NCBI GenBank assembly: GCA_965112155.1
Contig: OZ218101.1
DNA length: 64,000 bases
Source of the DNA: Podarcis liolepis
Lineage: Eukaryota
Strand: one strand, 5' to 3'
The notes under the pieces are model-generated. The model searched no databases. It saw only the letters and a program-made list of their open reading frames with translations, and was not told the DNA's origin. The position numbers and the translations under genes are program-made. Of this stretch, positions 26,167 to 39,647 are shown in pieces. Numbering within the stretch: position 1 is the first letter of the stretch; every line of letters begins with the position of its first letter.

Positions 26167-26850
26167 CTGATTTTTTTTTAATGAAAAGAAAAAGAATTAA
26201 TGTAATCAAAATTCTCTCCAAATATATATATCTACACATAAAGCAAGACTGCTTAGCCTGTTGAATCTTGAAAAAATATATTGTGCTATTACTAATCATT
26301 ATTATCATCATCATCCTTTATACACCATGAATATACATGGTGTTTCACATATGAACAAGAAAAACCAACCGCCCTGCAAACAGAAGACCTTAAACTCAAA
26401 AAAGACAGCAGAGGGTAGAGGGATTTCAAATACTGAAATTAGAAAGGGATATAAAAAGTATAAAATGAATAGCTGACATCATCCACAAATGGTCTTTTCC
26501 TACCTCTGCTTTAGTCAGCATCAGGTTAAATGAAAGATTTGTAGATTGATCCAGCATATCTAAAACTTGGTGCTGGACATACACTTCTGTCCGTTTCAGA
26601 AAATTATTCCGAAGGAATAAACAAGTATTATTCTATGAAAGTTAACATTGTATATATTACTAGAACATTATGATGACAATGCTACAAACAGTAAACGCTG
26701 CAGTAAAATTTTATAGCAGCTAAACAGAACGACAGTGTGTTTAACCTGTCTAAAGAGTCAAATGCAAACGTAGAGGTTTCTAATTTTTACTCCAGCACTT
26801 ATTCCATTTCCATTTCCATTTTACTCATACTCCCATCACAACCAATTTAC

Positions 26851-26973
26851 CATATCTTTATTGAAGTCTTCCTCTTTCAGATTCACCCCCTGCTGAATTT
26901 CAGCCTCCAGTGGTTCAAGCAATTTTTGTATATCGTAGTTAAACTGTTCCAATTCCTTCAAAGGAATGAAGGG
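26851..26973 (-). CDS. DMD: Dystrophin exon 38 (123 nt): PFIPLKELEQFNYDIQKLLEPLEAEIQQGVNLKEEDFNKDM
   Basis: Acceptor ttctttaaag|CCC, donor ATG|gtaaat. Confidence 0.95.
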
Positions 26974-28751
26974 CTTTAAAGAACGGTTGGAAAGTTGGGA
27001 AGGGGGAGAGAGAAAGGAAGATTGTCAATTTTACATCACATACTGTTTTATTACAGACATAAACCAAAGCGACATATCTGTTTTGCCCCCAACTGTTAAA
27101 TTAATTACATACACATTTTGGGTATTTTACAAAATAGCTTTTATGTAACAAAACTAGTGGTAGTACCTTGCTTGATCAATCTTTATTTATGGCTCTTACC
27201 TAGCAGTTTTGTTTATGCTGCAAAAGGAACTTCATCAACCATATAAAAACATCATAAATCATCAAAATGAAAAAGCAATATTAAAACTATATAAAAGCCA
27301 TAAAATGATAAAAGCCACAATCAATATCAAGGTATTTGCTGGGTTTTTTCAACTTCTTCACCAACAAAGCAAATATGTTTAATGAATACATATTTGGCTT
27401 GGATTGGTAGATGCATGTAAATAAATATGTAGAATGTGCATTCAATGAATTTTAAACTTTATGAGAACTGGGGAGGAAACACACTTCTGACATTTTGTTT
27501 AAACCTGGCCTATCAGAAATTCATCACACATTCAGAAGCAATTTTTCCACAAATATGCATATATATCATATTCTATATTGTTTTAAACTTCAAAAGATAT
27601 TTTTATTAAAGGCAGAAATATAACCATATTAATAAAACAGAAAAGTATTCCACAAATTCTGAGTATTTCTAGCACAGTACATTAAAAATATACCACTTTA
27701 AAAAGTGGGAAATCACCTGTTTCCCCCCCCCCCTCCCCGCCCCAAACAAAAGCAATATTGGGATTTAGAAAGCTTTATGAGAAGGCTTAGTTACTGATTT
27801 ATGTAAATTATAATACTGTCTTTAATTTAGAATCTTATCATGACTAAGGACTACTTATGAACTTCAATAAGCTAGATTTCACTTGTTTTCATTAATGCAT
27901 CACATGGGGGAAATTAATATGTGTGTACTTACAATTTAATATAAAGTCTTAAGTGCATTCTAATACTAAGATGTAAAATGATCAAATTGTTACATAGTGA
28001 ACTTCCATTTTTGTAAACTTTGAACATCCTTGTTGATGCGGTGCAATTTTAATCATTCATAAACAAAGAAACAAAATAAAAGATCCCTTTCAGATTCCTG
28101 GCATTAGATCTACTTTTAAGACTTTCAGGTGTTAGACACAAAACTACTCAGCTAACACAGTGCCATAAACCAGCAATTTTAATCAAAATGAGCTGTTAAA
28201 ACATGTGACAAATGACACAGGTTTACAGACACATAAGTAAAAGAGTCATCGTTTGGGAACATACAGTTCTGTGTTCCAAGCTAAAATGGATCAAAAGATA
28301 ATTTAGCCCATGGCATTGCCCTAAGCACACATAATTCAGTTCTTCAAATATCAGTCTAAGCAATTTTGAATGTCAGCGATCCCAACGTTTATTTCCATTT
28401 CTCCTGCAGCTTCTTTATTCCTAAAAATCTGCTTCTTTCACACTTGGGGTCACTCTGGAATAGAGTGACATTGGGTTCGGGGCTGCAGTAGTAAGGGAAA
28501 TGGGCAAAAGCGCCTTCTGTTTATGAACCTCACCCATAGTTGGTCAAGGACTTTTTATCGCAACCATGTGAAATGTCAGCTAAAGGATATACGCTGGATG
28601 ACAATTTGCTGCTGGGCCAAGTTACTGCTACTACTGTATAAAGCAACTTATATTTAAATAATCGCCTCACCTTTTATACCCTTGCCTGACCTTTATGACC
28701 TGCAACTGCCTCACAATTTGCCATTCCTTGTTATTATCAACTAGAAATAGT

Positions 28752-29020
28752 GCATTCCGTGTTGTGGCACTGAGCTCATGGAACTCTTTGCCCAGTGAGA
28801 TTAGACTGACACATTCTGTAATGTGTTTTAGGCATCACCTTAAAAATTTGTTGTTATAGCAAGCCTCCTCTTGAAGGTGGCCTATATTGTATTTCTGTGA
28901 GTATGCTGCATTTTATTATGTCTTCTGTATGGATTTTATTCTGTATTGGTTTTAAATTTTATACACTGCATAGGTATATTGATTTGATTATAGGGTATAA
29001 AAATTGACACGATAAATATA
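28752..29020 (+). mobile_element. Old L2-like LINE 3' end
   Basis: Translation AFRVVALSSWNSLPSEIR followed by a T-rich 3'UTR. Confidence 0.55.
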
Positions 29021-29625
29021 TATAAGCCCTTGAGCAAATGTTATTAAATAATCATGGGATAAAACAATAGATAAGAGCAGTATTGCATTCTGTGTGAATT
29101 AAGACGGGTTTTCAGATGTTCCCATTTTTCTAAATTTCTGGTTATTTATATAAAAAATGATGCATATTATTCATATTTTGGCATGAAGGATGGTAGAACG
29201 TAAATTTACAAAATCGTATTTTGAAAATCTTAGCCACAAAAGGCAGAGCTAGCACAGAAGTTTGTCAGGAAGAGAACTCTGTTCAGCTGAAATAAATGGA
29301 GGGAGATTTTTATGACTATTTTGGACAAAAAACATTAGCATACCTTGGACTTAACTGTGTTTCCACTAGAACATATTTCCCACTATGGAGCAAGAAAGAA
29401 TATGAAGACCTCACATAACCAGGTCTACCGAGAAGCAAGTCCCATTGAATTCAATGGCATTTGCTCCCAGGTAAGTGGGGTTAGGATTGCTGCTTAATAC
29501 CACAGCTTTATTAAGGGATCTTAATAATAATAAAAAAATCCCTCACAGAACCCACCTACCAAATCCTCAGGAAGCTAGGAAGTTCCAATAGACACAAATC
29601 AGATTCTACTTTCTTTATGTGAGAG

Positions 29626-29813
29626 CAGACCCAGACAGAGGGGGGGCCATATGGGCCACTTGGCCTGGGCCTCCAATTCCAAAGGGGGCTTCGGTCAGCA
29701 TATTCACAATACTTACTTATTTATAAGACTTCAGTTATCCCCAGGGTAAAAAAAAAAGGGGGGGGGACATTATCTACCTGGCCTGGGCCTCTGCCTGTCT
29801 CCGCAAGGTCCTG
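29626..29813. mobile_element. hAT-type MITE (degenerate TIRs)
   Basis: CAG...CTG termini with a perfect 8-bp TSD TGTGAGAG (29618-29625, 29814-29821); internal TGGCCTGGGCCTC repeat. Confidence 0.7.
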
Positions 29814-31117
29814 TGTGAGAGGGATGAGAGGGAGGCAAGTAGAGACCCCACCTGTGTCAGTCAGACTGTTCCCTCTCGCAGCATTCCTGTATGGTGGAAG
29901 AAAAGGGGCTGCGGGAGGGGTCAGCTCCAGAAGCTCCTTGCTGATCTCTCCCTCTCTGCTCACAGCCTCCACAGTTTGATGGAGACTCTGCCAGCCTTTG
30001 GCTTAAACCAGTGATTTGGCCTTTTTGTGAGGCAAATTATACTTCCTGATTTTCCTTCGCCTCAACCTGCCTCACCACCAGCCTTCACACTTCAGCCTTC
30101 TCCTCCAGCTTCTTCCTCTTCTGGCCCATTCTCGGAGTGGCAGAACTGGCATTTTTATGTTCCAGCCAGCCTACCATTCATTCAACCAATCAGATTTTAA
30201 GTGGCACTGAATTCATTATCAGACCACTTTTCCTATTCAAGGAGTGACCAATGATTTCTATCCAAGAAGCCAGTGAGAAGCGAAATATTACAATCGTCTG
30301 AAACAAAAATAAAAAGAACCCAGATTTTCTCAGCTAACTGCCATCTGCCAGTCACAGAGGATACTTAGTATTCTAAAGTTAACCTTTCACATAGCACCAC
30401 ATACACAGTTAACTCTTATATCCTGTCTTGGTAAGCACATTGTAAAAGGTGATTTCTTCATGGGCCCACAGAGTTTTTAACAGAAACAGAAAACCACTAG
30501 CCATGCATTTCCATTTTCCTGTTCCCTGGTGTTTCTTAAAAAAAATATTCCTACTTGCCTTTCCATGACAATTTTTACCTGATTTTTAAAAAATATACAA
30601 ATATTTTAGCCAAGCCTGTTGCTTTCTAAAAATGCTATTAATTCCTCAACCTTTGGCTTCTATAATCTTAAAGATCCCTAAATAAGTGTGATTAAAAGAA
30701 AATGGTCTAAATTACAATAAGGTTAAAATCTTGGTCATATTTAAAAGACTAATGTATCGCAAATAAAAATCCTCTCAGCAGTAACCCATTTCTTGATAAA
30801 TACATTCTACCCAGTGTTTTATTTCAATTTCCACAAGAAAATGTGTCTGAGGGCAAACTAGTCAACATTAAATCAAGGCATGGCAAAGATTAACTGAAAG
30901 AAACAAATAGGAGTGTTGGATCTTCAAGACTGAACACAGACAATTGGTACCTGAGGCAGAAAGTTCAAGTAGCAACATTATACAAATAAACCACTCTTTA
31001 ATAGCACCCATAATTTGCTACCTAAGGCAGCCACTTCATCTTGCCTAATGGTAAGGTCATTTTTGATGATGTCATTACAGCTTTAGTACTTTATTTAAAC
31101 CCAGAGAACAATAACAT

Positions 31118-31576
31118 TGTTGCATGCCTCCCCAATGTCTGAGTGGTACAATATTTCATGGGTCTCAAGCACTTACCCAGGGTTCATGTTTCCTTTGGAA
31201 AGAGGCAAAGCAGAGACACTGCTGTCTTTTTGATATATGATTTATTTACACACACACACAAACACACATCCTGAGCCTACAGTGGAGGGATTCACAAAAT
31301 TAACACCTCAAGAGGGCTTTGCTTCTTCCCTGGCTGCAGCTTAGAATTCAAAGAGAAATCAAACATCATTCTGACTCTCTCTCCATCTTACTCCATTTGC
31401 TTCTAGCTCACATCACTGCAAACTCTCTGCCCTCAACTCTGGCACTGTCCTTCTAAATAACTGTGGGCACCTCATCAGGAAGCTAGCCTTGCCTATATTT
31501 TAACACTTGCTGGATCCAGGGGTTGGAAGGGTCTCAGCATACCCCCTACTCCCCCGCCCCCTGCAAACTCATAACA
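31118..31576 (-). mobile_element. Possible solo LTR
   Basis: TGT...ACA termini, flanks ACAT/CCAT, minus-strand AATAAA about 120 nt before the 3' end. Family not identified. Confidence 0.4.
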
Positions 31577-32654
31577 CCATGTTGACCATTTAGGAAGCTT
31601 AGTAGGCTGACCTATATTTTGTTAATCTTTGCACCGGACACAAACCAGAACAGGTAGTGTGGTGTGACGAACAGGTTGTTCATTAACAAAACAAATATTT
31701 TCAGCAAACTACAAATGGAGGGTTTCTTTATAAATATTTTCAGGGCATACATATTGAAATGTAAATGTAATGTTCTGTGTGAAATGTAACATTTGAATGC
31801 AACAAAGTTGTGTATTACACGGGTACAACTGATCAGGAAGGAAGAATATATTGTTTCTGTGCAAGGTGTGTTTGCGCTGCAAAATAAGCTTGTTTGCACA
31901 TAAGTCAAATTATGGCTTTCCACAGCACCCCTTAGTACAGTGCTTTGAATCCAAACCACTTTCTCGGGGGGGGGGGATGCTCTGCTTAAAAATACAGCAT
32001 GTTTATTTTTTCCAGAGTAAGCAGTTTGTATTCAAAGCACCAGACGAAGTGCTATCTGCTGATCAGTGGTCACAAGGAGCCTCTCTGAAGGCACGTACCC
32101 AGTGCCAATCAGCTAATTGGTGCTGAAAGCACACATTCAAAACAAGTTGCTGTTAACTGTAATGATTGTGATGTCAGATGATTTACAGATGGTTGAGCCA
32201 GACCAACTATCAAAGTTGGTCCGTAGTGGATGTGTGGAATAAGGATCTGGCCCACTAGCCAGATCAAGCTGCCTATCCCTGACTTACCTGGGCCATGCAG
32301 ACACCACCTTCCCAGTCACTTTTACTTCTGTGCCAAGCTAAGCTAAGCCACAACTAAATCTTGGCTATAGTTTGTGGTTAGTGAGGAGAGAGCATAGTTA
32401 TGACAGCTTAATATACTACGCAAAACTTTTGCTTTTGCCAAAATATATGAATTGTGTTCTGTGTTAATTCTGAAGCTTCCGATTTTCAGTGCTAAGCACT
32501 CATGCATGAAAAGCATAAAAACTGCTGGTTGCTGACTGAGTAGATTGAAACCAGCTCCAGATTCCCAATGCTTGTCTGTGATTACATGGAACTTATAATC
32601 AATAGGATAGTGTACTATTTGGGGCTATTCCCATAATTATGTGTTTCTTTAGAA

Positions 32655-32783
32655 CAGGGATGGGGAAATAGTCACCCTCCAGATTTCATTGCACTTCAAG
32701 TCCTAGCCAACATTACCAATGATTAGGAATAATAGAAATTGTATTCCAACAATATCTGGAGCATCACTACTTCTCAATCCCTG
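32655..32783. mobile_element. Old palindromic hAT-type MITE (related to 62046-62181)
   Basis: CAGGGAT / ATCCCTG termini, TSD CTTTAGAA/CTTTACAA, internal CTCCAGAT / ATCTGGAG symmetry. Confidence 0.7.
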
Positions 32784-34093
32784 CTTTACAATATGCTTGT
32801 ATGCAGTATGAACCTTCATTTCTTTCCCTATTATTTTTTTAAACAAAAATTTATATAAATGCCCTCTAATTTTATTAATGAACCCTGGACCATTTTTACC
32901 TCAACAGAATTTTGCATCAATTTGTGTATAGTACATTTTGTGCAATGGCTTTTAGATTCTATACAAGTTTCACAACTTCAAGTACCTTATCTCACCTAAG
33001 TGCACTTTTCACATTTATTAGGTGGCACTGGGATTGGAAGTTTCAAAAAACAGTTCACTGGTGCTCAGCTAGGCACAATTCATGTTGGGGAAAGTGTGTA
33101 TGTGGACAACTTTGATAAGGCAAAATTTCCCAACTTCTCCTGTAGCTGTATCACCAGCTTTTGGAGCTGTAGATGCTGTGGTTGCATGCAAGTGGCCCTT
33201 GACCTCCTGTTAAGAGCCTAGCTGGGTGGAAAAGGCTCTGAAAGAGAGCCACTACATGCCAGAATATATAATACTGGACTAGACAAAACAATAGTCTGAC
33301 TCAGTATGTAGCAGTTTCATAATTCCATATGTCAACTTTTGTTTTTGTGTTGGGGTATGGACTCAAAGGCAGACTTACTTCAGCTCTCTCAGGCTTCCTG
33401 AAGTTGTCACTTCTTTTCTAAATGTCAGTGGTTTAGCCCCTTCCTCTCACCCTTTTTCAAGTACAAATATTGGTGGGTTCAGGTCTAAGCAGCTTTGCCC
33501 ATTAACTTGCTCTCCTGGCTGCCTCCAAGCAAACTAGATCTCAAGGCTGCATTGCTATGCATATTTACATGGGAGTAAATCTGATTGAGCAAAATGGGAG
33601 TTACTTAAGGATAAGCATGCATAGGATTGTGCTATAAGTTGCCCTGTTGGGCTAAAAAAAACATTGTCATCCAGAACTGCCTAATGATTTAGCGAACTGG
33701 TCTTAGAAAAGCTGGCTTTAGGAAAGTTAAAAGTACCAAATATTTACCACACTTCTTTTAAGCTCTCTCCAACTCTTCCACTGATACAGCTCAGCAACCA
33801 TACAGACAAACAAAATTGGTGAAAATGATTTGCTTTTGACTCATTCTCACTGAGTTGATCTTATTGACTTGCAAACATATCAGCATGAAACTTGTGAACA
33901 GATTCTTGCACCGGAAGCACCAATGTGAATTTGCTTTAAGACAACATGCTAGACAGAAAAGCCGCATGCTAATTTTACATGTCCTCCATTTTGGTATGAC
34001 AGCATGCTTTTTAGTGATACAACAACAAGCATCATTTCTTTCTTTTTTTCCTCAGCAGGATTTTTTTTTATGCTGTGGCTAGTGAAAGCAGTA

Positions 34094-34094
<1 letters not shown>

Positions 34095-34138
<44 letters not shown>
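34095..34138. repeat. (TAA)n microsatellite
   Basis: About 14 units, seen directly. Confidence 0.95.
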
Positions 34139-34351
34139 GGAACTTTGCTTCTGGAAGGGACAGTTTATTTTACATACACACTCACACAAAGGCTCTTCCA
34201 ATGTTTCAGTTTCTAAATTCCGGATTTCACTCCTTTGTCCTTGCTAGCTTCTGCTTTGTAAAACTTGCCCTCAAAAAAACCCAACCATACCCACTTTGCG
34301 AAGCTCTCTTTAGCATATACAAGTAGCTCAGCAAGGAGCATGTCCTCCTAC

Positions 34352-34522
34352 CTTTTCACTTTTAATTCTTTCTGATAGGGCTGCAAATCGCTGGTTGAGC
34401 TCTGCCAGTTTAGGCTCTATTACTTTCCTGCAGTGATCTCCACGGTTTGTCATCAAGTCTACTGCCTGGTCACGCACAGAGTCCACCTTTGGACGCATAT
34501 CATTCAGCTCAGTCTTTAAGCG
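34352..34522 (-). CDS. DMD: Dystrophin exon 37 (171 nt): RLKTELNDMRPKVDSVRDQAVDLMTNRGDHCRKVIEPKLAELNQRFAALSERIKSEK
   Basis: Acceptor ggactgtag|CGC, donor AAG|gtagga; translated by hand. Confidence 0.95.
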
Positions 34523-35524
34523 CTACAGTCCATGAGTAAGAGACAGGGCTTGAAGTTAGTAATAAATGCAGGAAGGAAGGGAGGGAAAAGAGAAAGAGAG
34601 AGTGTGCAAAGGAATATGGAGCAAAACCATAAAGCAAACGTTAGATAAATGCTTGTGACTAAGCATACAGTTGTGTAGCTCTGAACAGTCCATGCCTAGC
34701 TTTTCATATATATTTTCAGGCTGACAGAAACAGTGAAACAGAAGATGAATACGCATTTAATCAAAGACATAGGAAAAACATCCTGAATAACTTATTTTTT
34801 CCTCAGCTGATTCCCTGAACAACACAAATATGTTTATTTTCAGAATAGCAAGAGCCTTTTTTGACCCCATTTAATAGCAGATACTCACACTGTAGTGCTC
34901 CTGTTCAGGGTGCTCCAATTTCATTCCCCCTCCCACAAAGCTTTCTATGCCCCCACCAACAGTCAAGTCAGCATGCTCACTGTTCATTGGACTGTTTCTT
35001 GCCTCCTCTAAAATGTTTAACACTTCCAGGTTTTTTGTACTTGTGCAAACTTTGAGGTTCCTCTAAGACTGTTGATACCTTCTTCTTGAATTGTGGATAA
35101 CTACAGTAATATAGCCATTTGGATCATTACGAACCAGCACTCAGATAACCAAGATCATCGTTAGAATACATATGCAGAAAGATTTCATGCTTTCTTCTTG
35201 CAAATTTCAGCTCAGTGACAGGCCACTATCTCCGACCAATATAATATGGTCTGTTATAGGATTACTGAGATGTTAGGTGTTTTGTTCATTAAGAAACAAA
35301 GCTATAGAAATCCTATGTATTAATGGTATGCATAGGAACCAGAAGGTATTCTACAGAAGAGATCTCTCACAGTTTCCTTAAGGTATTTAAAAAATATGTT
35401 AGTACATCCCTGTACTCCACTTCCAGCGCTCTTAAAACAGTTTTCCCTCACATCATATTCCATGCTATCATTATCCTACAGAAAAAAATATTTCAGTGTT
35501 GTTCTGGTGTATATATATATATGC

Positions 35525-35531
35525 ATCTATC

Positions 35532-35574
<43 letters not shown>

Positions 35575-35650
35575 GGACACAACTAAATGACTAAACAACA
35601 ACAATCTATCTATCTATCTATCTATCTATATATATCTATCTATCCATCTA
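35525..35650. repeat. Two adjacent (TCTA)n microsatellite blocks
   Basis: Blocks at about 35532-35574 and 35604-35650. Confidence 0.95.
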
Positions 35651-38152
35651 TATATTATATGCACACACACATTTAATTATTTAAAACCAATGTAGGTTCA
35701 ATGCAAAAGATATCTACATATGTTCAAGAGAAAATGACCATACATTTCTATCAAGAGTCTCAAATGGGGGACTCTTGAGAAAGCCCTGTAACACTCTGGT
35801 TACTGCAAGTAACAAGAACTGGTGGCTTCAGTTAAATCTATGCTATAAGCCTAGCACTGCAGATGGCTGGAGTGATACTATACTTTCAGCCCAATAATGA
35901 TCACAATAAGCCAAGAGAGCCTCACCTGGCTCTATAAAACTGATGAATCTGGCTTGGTTCCTTAGTTTCAGCAAACTGAGCTGTTTTACTTGCTTGGCCA
36001 ATTGCTTGGCCTACAAGCCGTCAGCCCTAACAAATTCTCAATTCAAACTTTTTTGAAATCGAACTTTTTTGTGAAAATGTGATTATACTTTGAACTGCTT
36101 AGGCTACTCCAACTGAGTTCATCCTGCTAAAAAAGGAGTGTATTTAATCCCTCTGAGATCCAGTTAGAAAGAGGCATAGAAACTTTCTGGTTCTGATAAT
36201 GATATAGTTGTCTGAAATTGTAGTTTTACCTCAATAAATGAGATCTTTGTTTATTATGAACATCTACCTCTATATTATATGTCTACAGCTTTAGCTAGCC
36301 CAAGAGTTGTTGGTGGACTATGCACAAGCTTACAATGATGATGGAATGATACAGAATTTCATACTGACATAGTGTAAGTTTTGAATCATTTAATTTCACC
36401 AGCTGGAGATATGCAATTTGTGTAACAGGTACTGTTTTGAGACAATGAACCTAATTGTTCATAACCTAATTGTTAGGGGCTTTTATTCCGGAAATGGAAC
36501 TATTTCCAACCTAAAAGTAAGCTTTTCGTATTTACAAGAATTTACATATTGAAAGCTTTACCTCTGTAAGACAAACCGGATAGAAACAAAAGGATTATTA
36601 TTGCTGAGAAACTTTCAGAGACCTGATTCCATGTCTGCACCTTAATTTTTCATCATTATACTTACTGACAGATACCCACTCTTCAGAGGATCTGCCACTG
36701 GAATTTTAGGAAGCATTTTTTTAAAAAAGGAAGACTAACCTGGGCCCTTAGTCCATACAAGCATATGTATAATTTAAACAATGTTAGGTCTAATTATTAC
36801 TTACTTTCTAAAATGCTTCTAATTTCTATGTCTTTTCCATACAAAATATCCTCTTTACAACACAAAACTGCTTGGAGAAATAAATGCATCCATAATTTCC
36901 TGTTTAGAGAGAATAACTGAATTTCTATTCTATTAATACTTGGTGCTGTTTGGTGCAACAGAAGATAGGAAAACATCTTGTGTTTACAAGGGAGTGAATG
37001 AAATTCCAGTTTCCAGAACACTTTACCAAGAGCAGTGGTTATCGTGATGGTAGTGTTGACATATTAGGAGTCTCTAGGCTGAGAATCAAGTCAAATTCTG
37101 ACATTACAGGAATGCAGGTTGCCATTTTCCCTGCTCCTCTTGTCCATTATTGGATCAGTATGGAAGCAGAAAGCATGAAACTATGATCAGTAAGATCTAA
37201 CCCATTTATTATAGCCAGCACTAGATATTGAAGACCAGGCTGTTCCCACTTCATAAAGGCAGGGGAGCATGAGACATTGAGATTTCTCTGTTGGATCTTT
37301 TCTTATTTCAGAATTCTGAAGGAGGCAGCAAATTGAGCTACACCAATCAGGGTAAAGAAAGCTAGAAGGGAAGGGGGTTAGGAATAATATTTCTTATACA
37401 AATAGTGGAGCACAATTCTTGACGAGCTATGAAGACTCAGGCCAGGAATCTTAGAAAGAAGAACCAGAAGTTGTGAAAGTAAGCAAGACTTTGAAGAGAT
37501 TGAAGTTTGGAAATATATATCCCCCCACACACACACATCATACTTCGATCAGGTGGTTATAAACCTGATTTATTACCAAGTATGATATTAATTTATATGA
37601 AGCACTGCATAATTTGTATGATTATATTTTTGCAACAGAAGTTACACATACATTTAAGCCATCCTATAACACGCTTTGAAATATCCCTCTTCAAATGATG
37701 AACCACTTCCACAAAGATAATATCAAACTGAAATACAATGTTGTCAAATGAAATCACTGCTCAGAGAGCTTTGAAGTGACATGAATATATAACAAACAAC
37801 AATCCTCAGAAGAATAGATATTTGATAAAAGGAGCAAACTGATAAAAGAAGGCTGGTATTTCATTTTTAAACAGATACAAATGATATTCAAGAGATACAG
37901 GCCTAACAATAAGTGTTCTACTCACCATGAAATCCTCAAGCCAATAACTTATTTGGCTTTTGTACTGAATACACTTACCTTCACTATGCTCTATTAAGCA
38001 ATTTAAAAGCTGTTAGACAGTGCCTTTGTTAAGAGAAAATGTGTTTTGCTTTTATCTAAAAATATTATTTGAAACCTGTAGGGCAAAAACCCTGGGGATG
38101 CACACTATTAGATTTTTATAATAATTTTTTTTCAGAAAATTGTATTTGTTAC

Positions 38153-38281
38153 CTTAAGAATTTCTTCCCTTTGCTGAGGTTTTTGTGTTTCAGATTCATC
38201 CAATAGTATTTCCGCCCGATACATCCAGGTGGTGATGTTAGCAACATTCTGATCAAAATTCTCCATGTGTCTCTGATATGC
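38153..38281 (-). CDS. DMD: Dystrophin exon 36 (129 nt): AYQRHMENFDQNVANITTWMYRAEILLDESETQKPQQREEILK
   Basis: Acceptor ttctatgcag|GCA, donor AAG|gtaaca. The ORF track lists a different frame here; the dystrophin frame was translated by hand. Confidence 0.94.
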
Positions 38282-39112
38282 CTGCATAGAAAGGGAATAG
38301 AACATATTATTAAGTAATTAGTAGCTGAGACAAAAAGAAAAGAGAATTGGCCAGGTCCATAGAACTGTAAACCAGCTTCCATGAGCGCAGGGGGACTTTA
38401 GATTCTCAACTTGTATGGCAAAGTGAAAGGTGTTCCAAAAGCAATATTTGATAATGTTTTAGGAAGCTTTAAAAATTATTTTGGTGTCCACAAAGTACCT
38501 AAAGTAATTCTCTGAATTACTTTAAAAACATATTAAAACATCAACCACTGGTTCTCATATAAGAAAGAATCATTCTATAGTGTGTGTGTGTACTGTATGC
38601 TCATATCAAAAACAGTAACAATATCAGAACAGACAACTGATGAATTGAATAAAATGATACCAAGAGATAGAAAATTTGTTTTTTCTGATAATTGCTATTG
38701 CCAAGACTGAAGAAAAAGAGAAAACACAGCATGGGTTTATCTTGTCCTGCTGTTTTCCCCTGGGGAAAGCCACTCTCAATCAGAACAAACAGCAATTGGG
38801 TTTCCCCCCCCCCTGGATTGACATTTGTCTGATTTAGCACTAAAGAGCAGGTTTTCTCTGGGAAAGGAACATGGCAAAGAGAAAACCACTTGGACTCATG
38901 CTTTCTAGGCACAGTACAAGTGGAAGTGTGAATGAGACAGACCTATGCTACAGCTCAGGAAGACTGTGTTGCTCAAATAAGGCTCATCTGGCAAAGGCTG
39001 CTACCTAAAGCACAGTGGTTCATCATATGAGGACAGCCACACAGCAGATCCTGGCATGCCAGTAGGAGTAGCCCATTTAGAAATCATTCCTACCCTTAAA
39101 GCATTCTCAGAG

Positions 39113-39647
39113 CAGGGCCGTCTTAAGCATATCCGGTGCCGTGGTGCATTTCGCAATGCTACTTAAAGGGAGAAATAAACGTGCACTTAGGCACAGCTAA
39201 GGACTGGTCGGGGGGGGGGGAGCCAAACGCCTTGGGCAGACCCCAAGAAATAATTCTTTCCGTCAGAATTCAGCTTGGTCTCCAGAAAAGAGCATGAGTC
39301 GCAGGGGCAGAAGCCAAAGCAGCTCTTTCTGCTCCTGGGTGAGGAGGAGGAGAATCTTTGCAAATGCTTTGGAGTTCCCTTCTGCCCTCTGGGAAGCCAC
39401 TGGTGGAGAGCTTTGACAGGGAGCTGCCTTTGACAGGGAGCTGCCTTTGACACCTGCCTTTTCGGGGCTTCCCTCCCACATTCCTGCCATGCACAGGAGG
39501 CTTGGGAGGCAAGCTGCACACCCGGGCATGCAGGGAAAGGGGAGGCTGCTGGCAAAGCCGCACAGCTCTCCCACTCACTGGGGCGCCCCTGAGAGGGCAG
39601 CGCTGTGGCGCAATGCGCCACTAAGCTCTATGGGAAAGACGGCTCCT
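39113..39647. mobile_element. Non-autonomous hAT-type element, GC-rich
   Basis: TIR CAGGGCCGTCTT / AAGACGGCTCCT; TSD TCTCAGAG/TTTCAGAG; internal tandem CTTTGACAGGGAGCTGC. Confidence 0.72.

Noticed and set aside
28390-28505. Imperfect long hairpin (GTCACTCT-ggaat-AGAGTGAC core) considered as a pre-miRNA
   Set aside because: Pairing outside the 8-bp core is discontinuous; more likely a decayed palindromic MITE.
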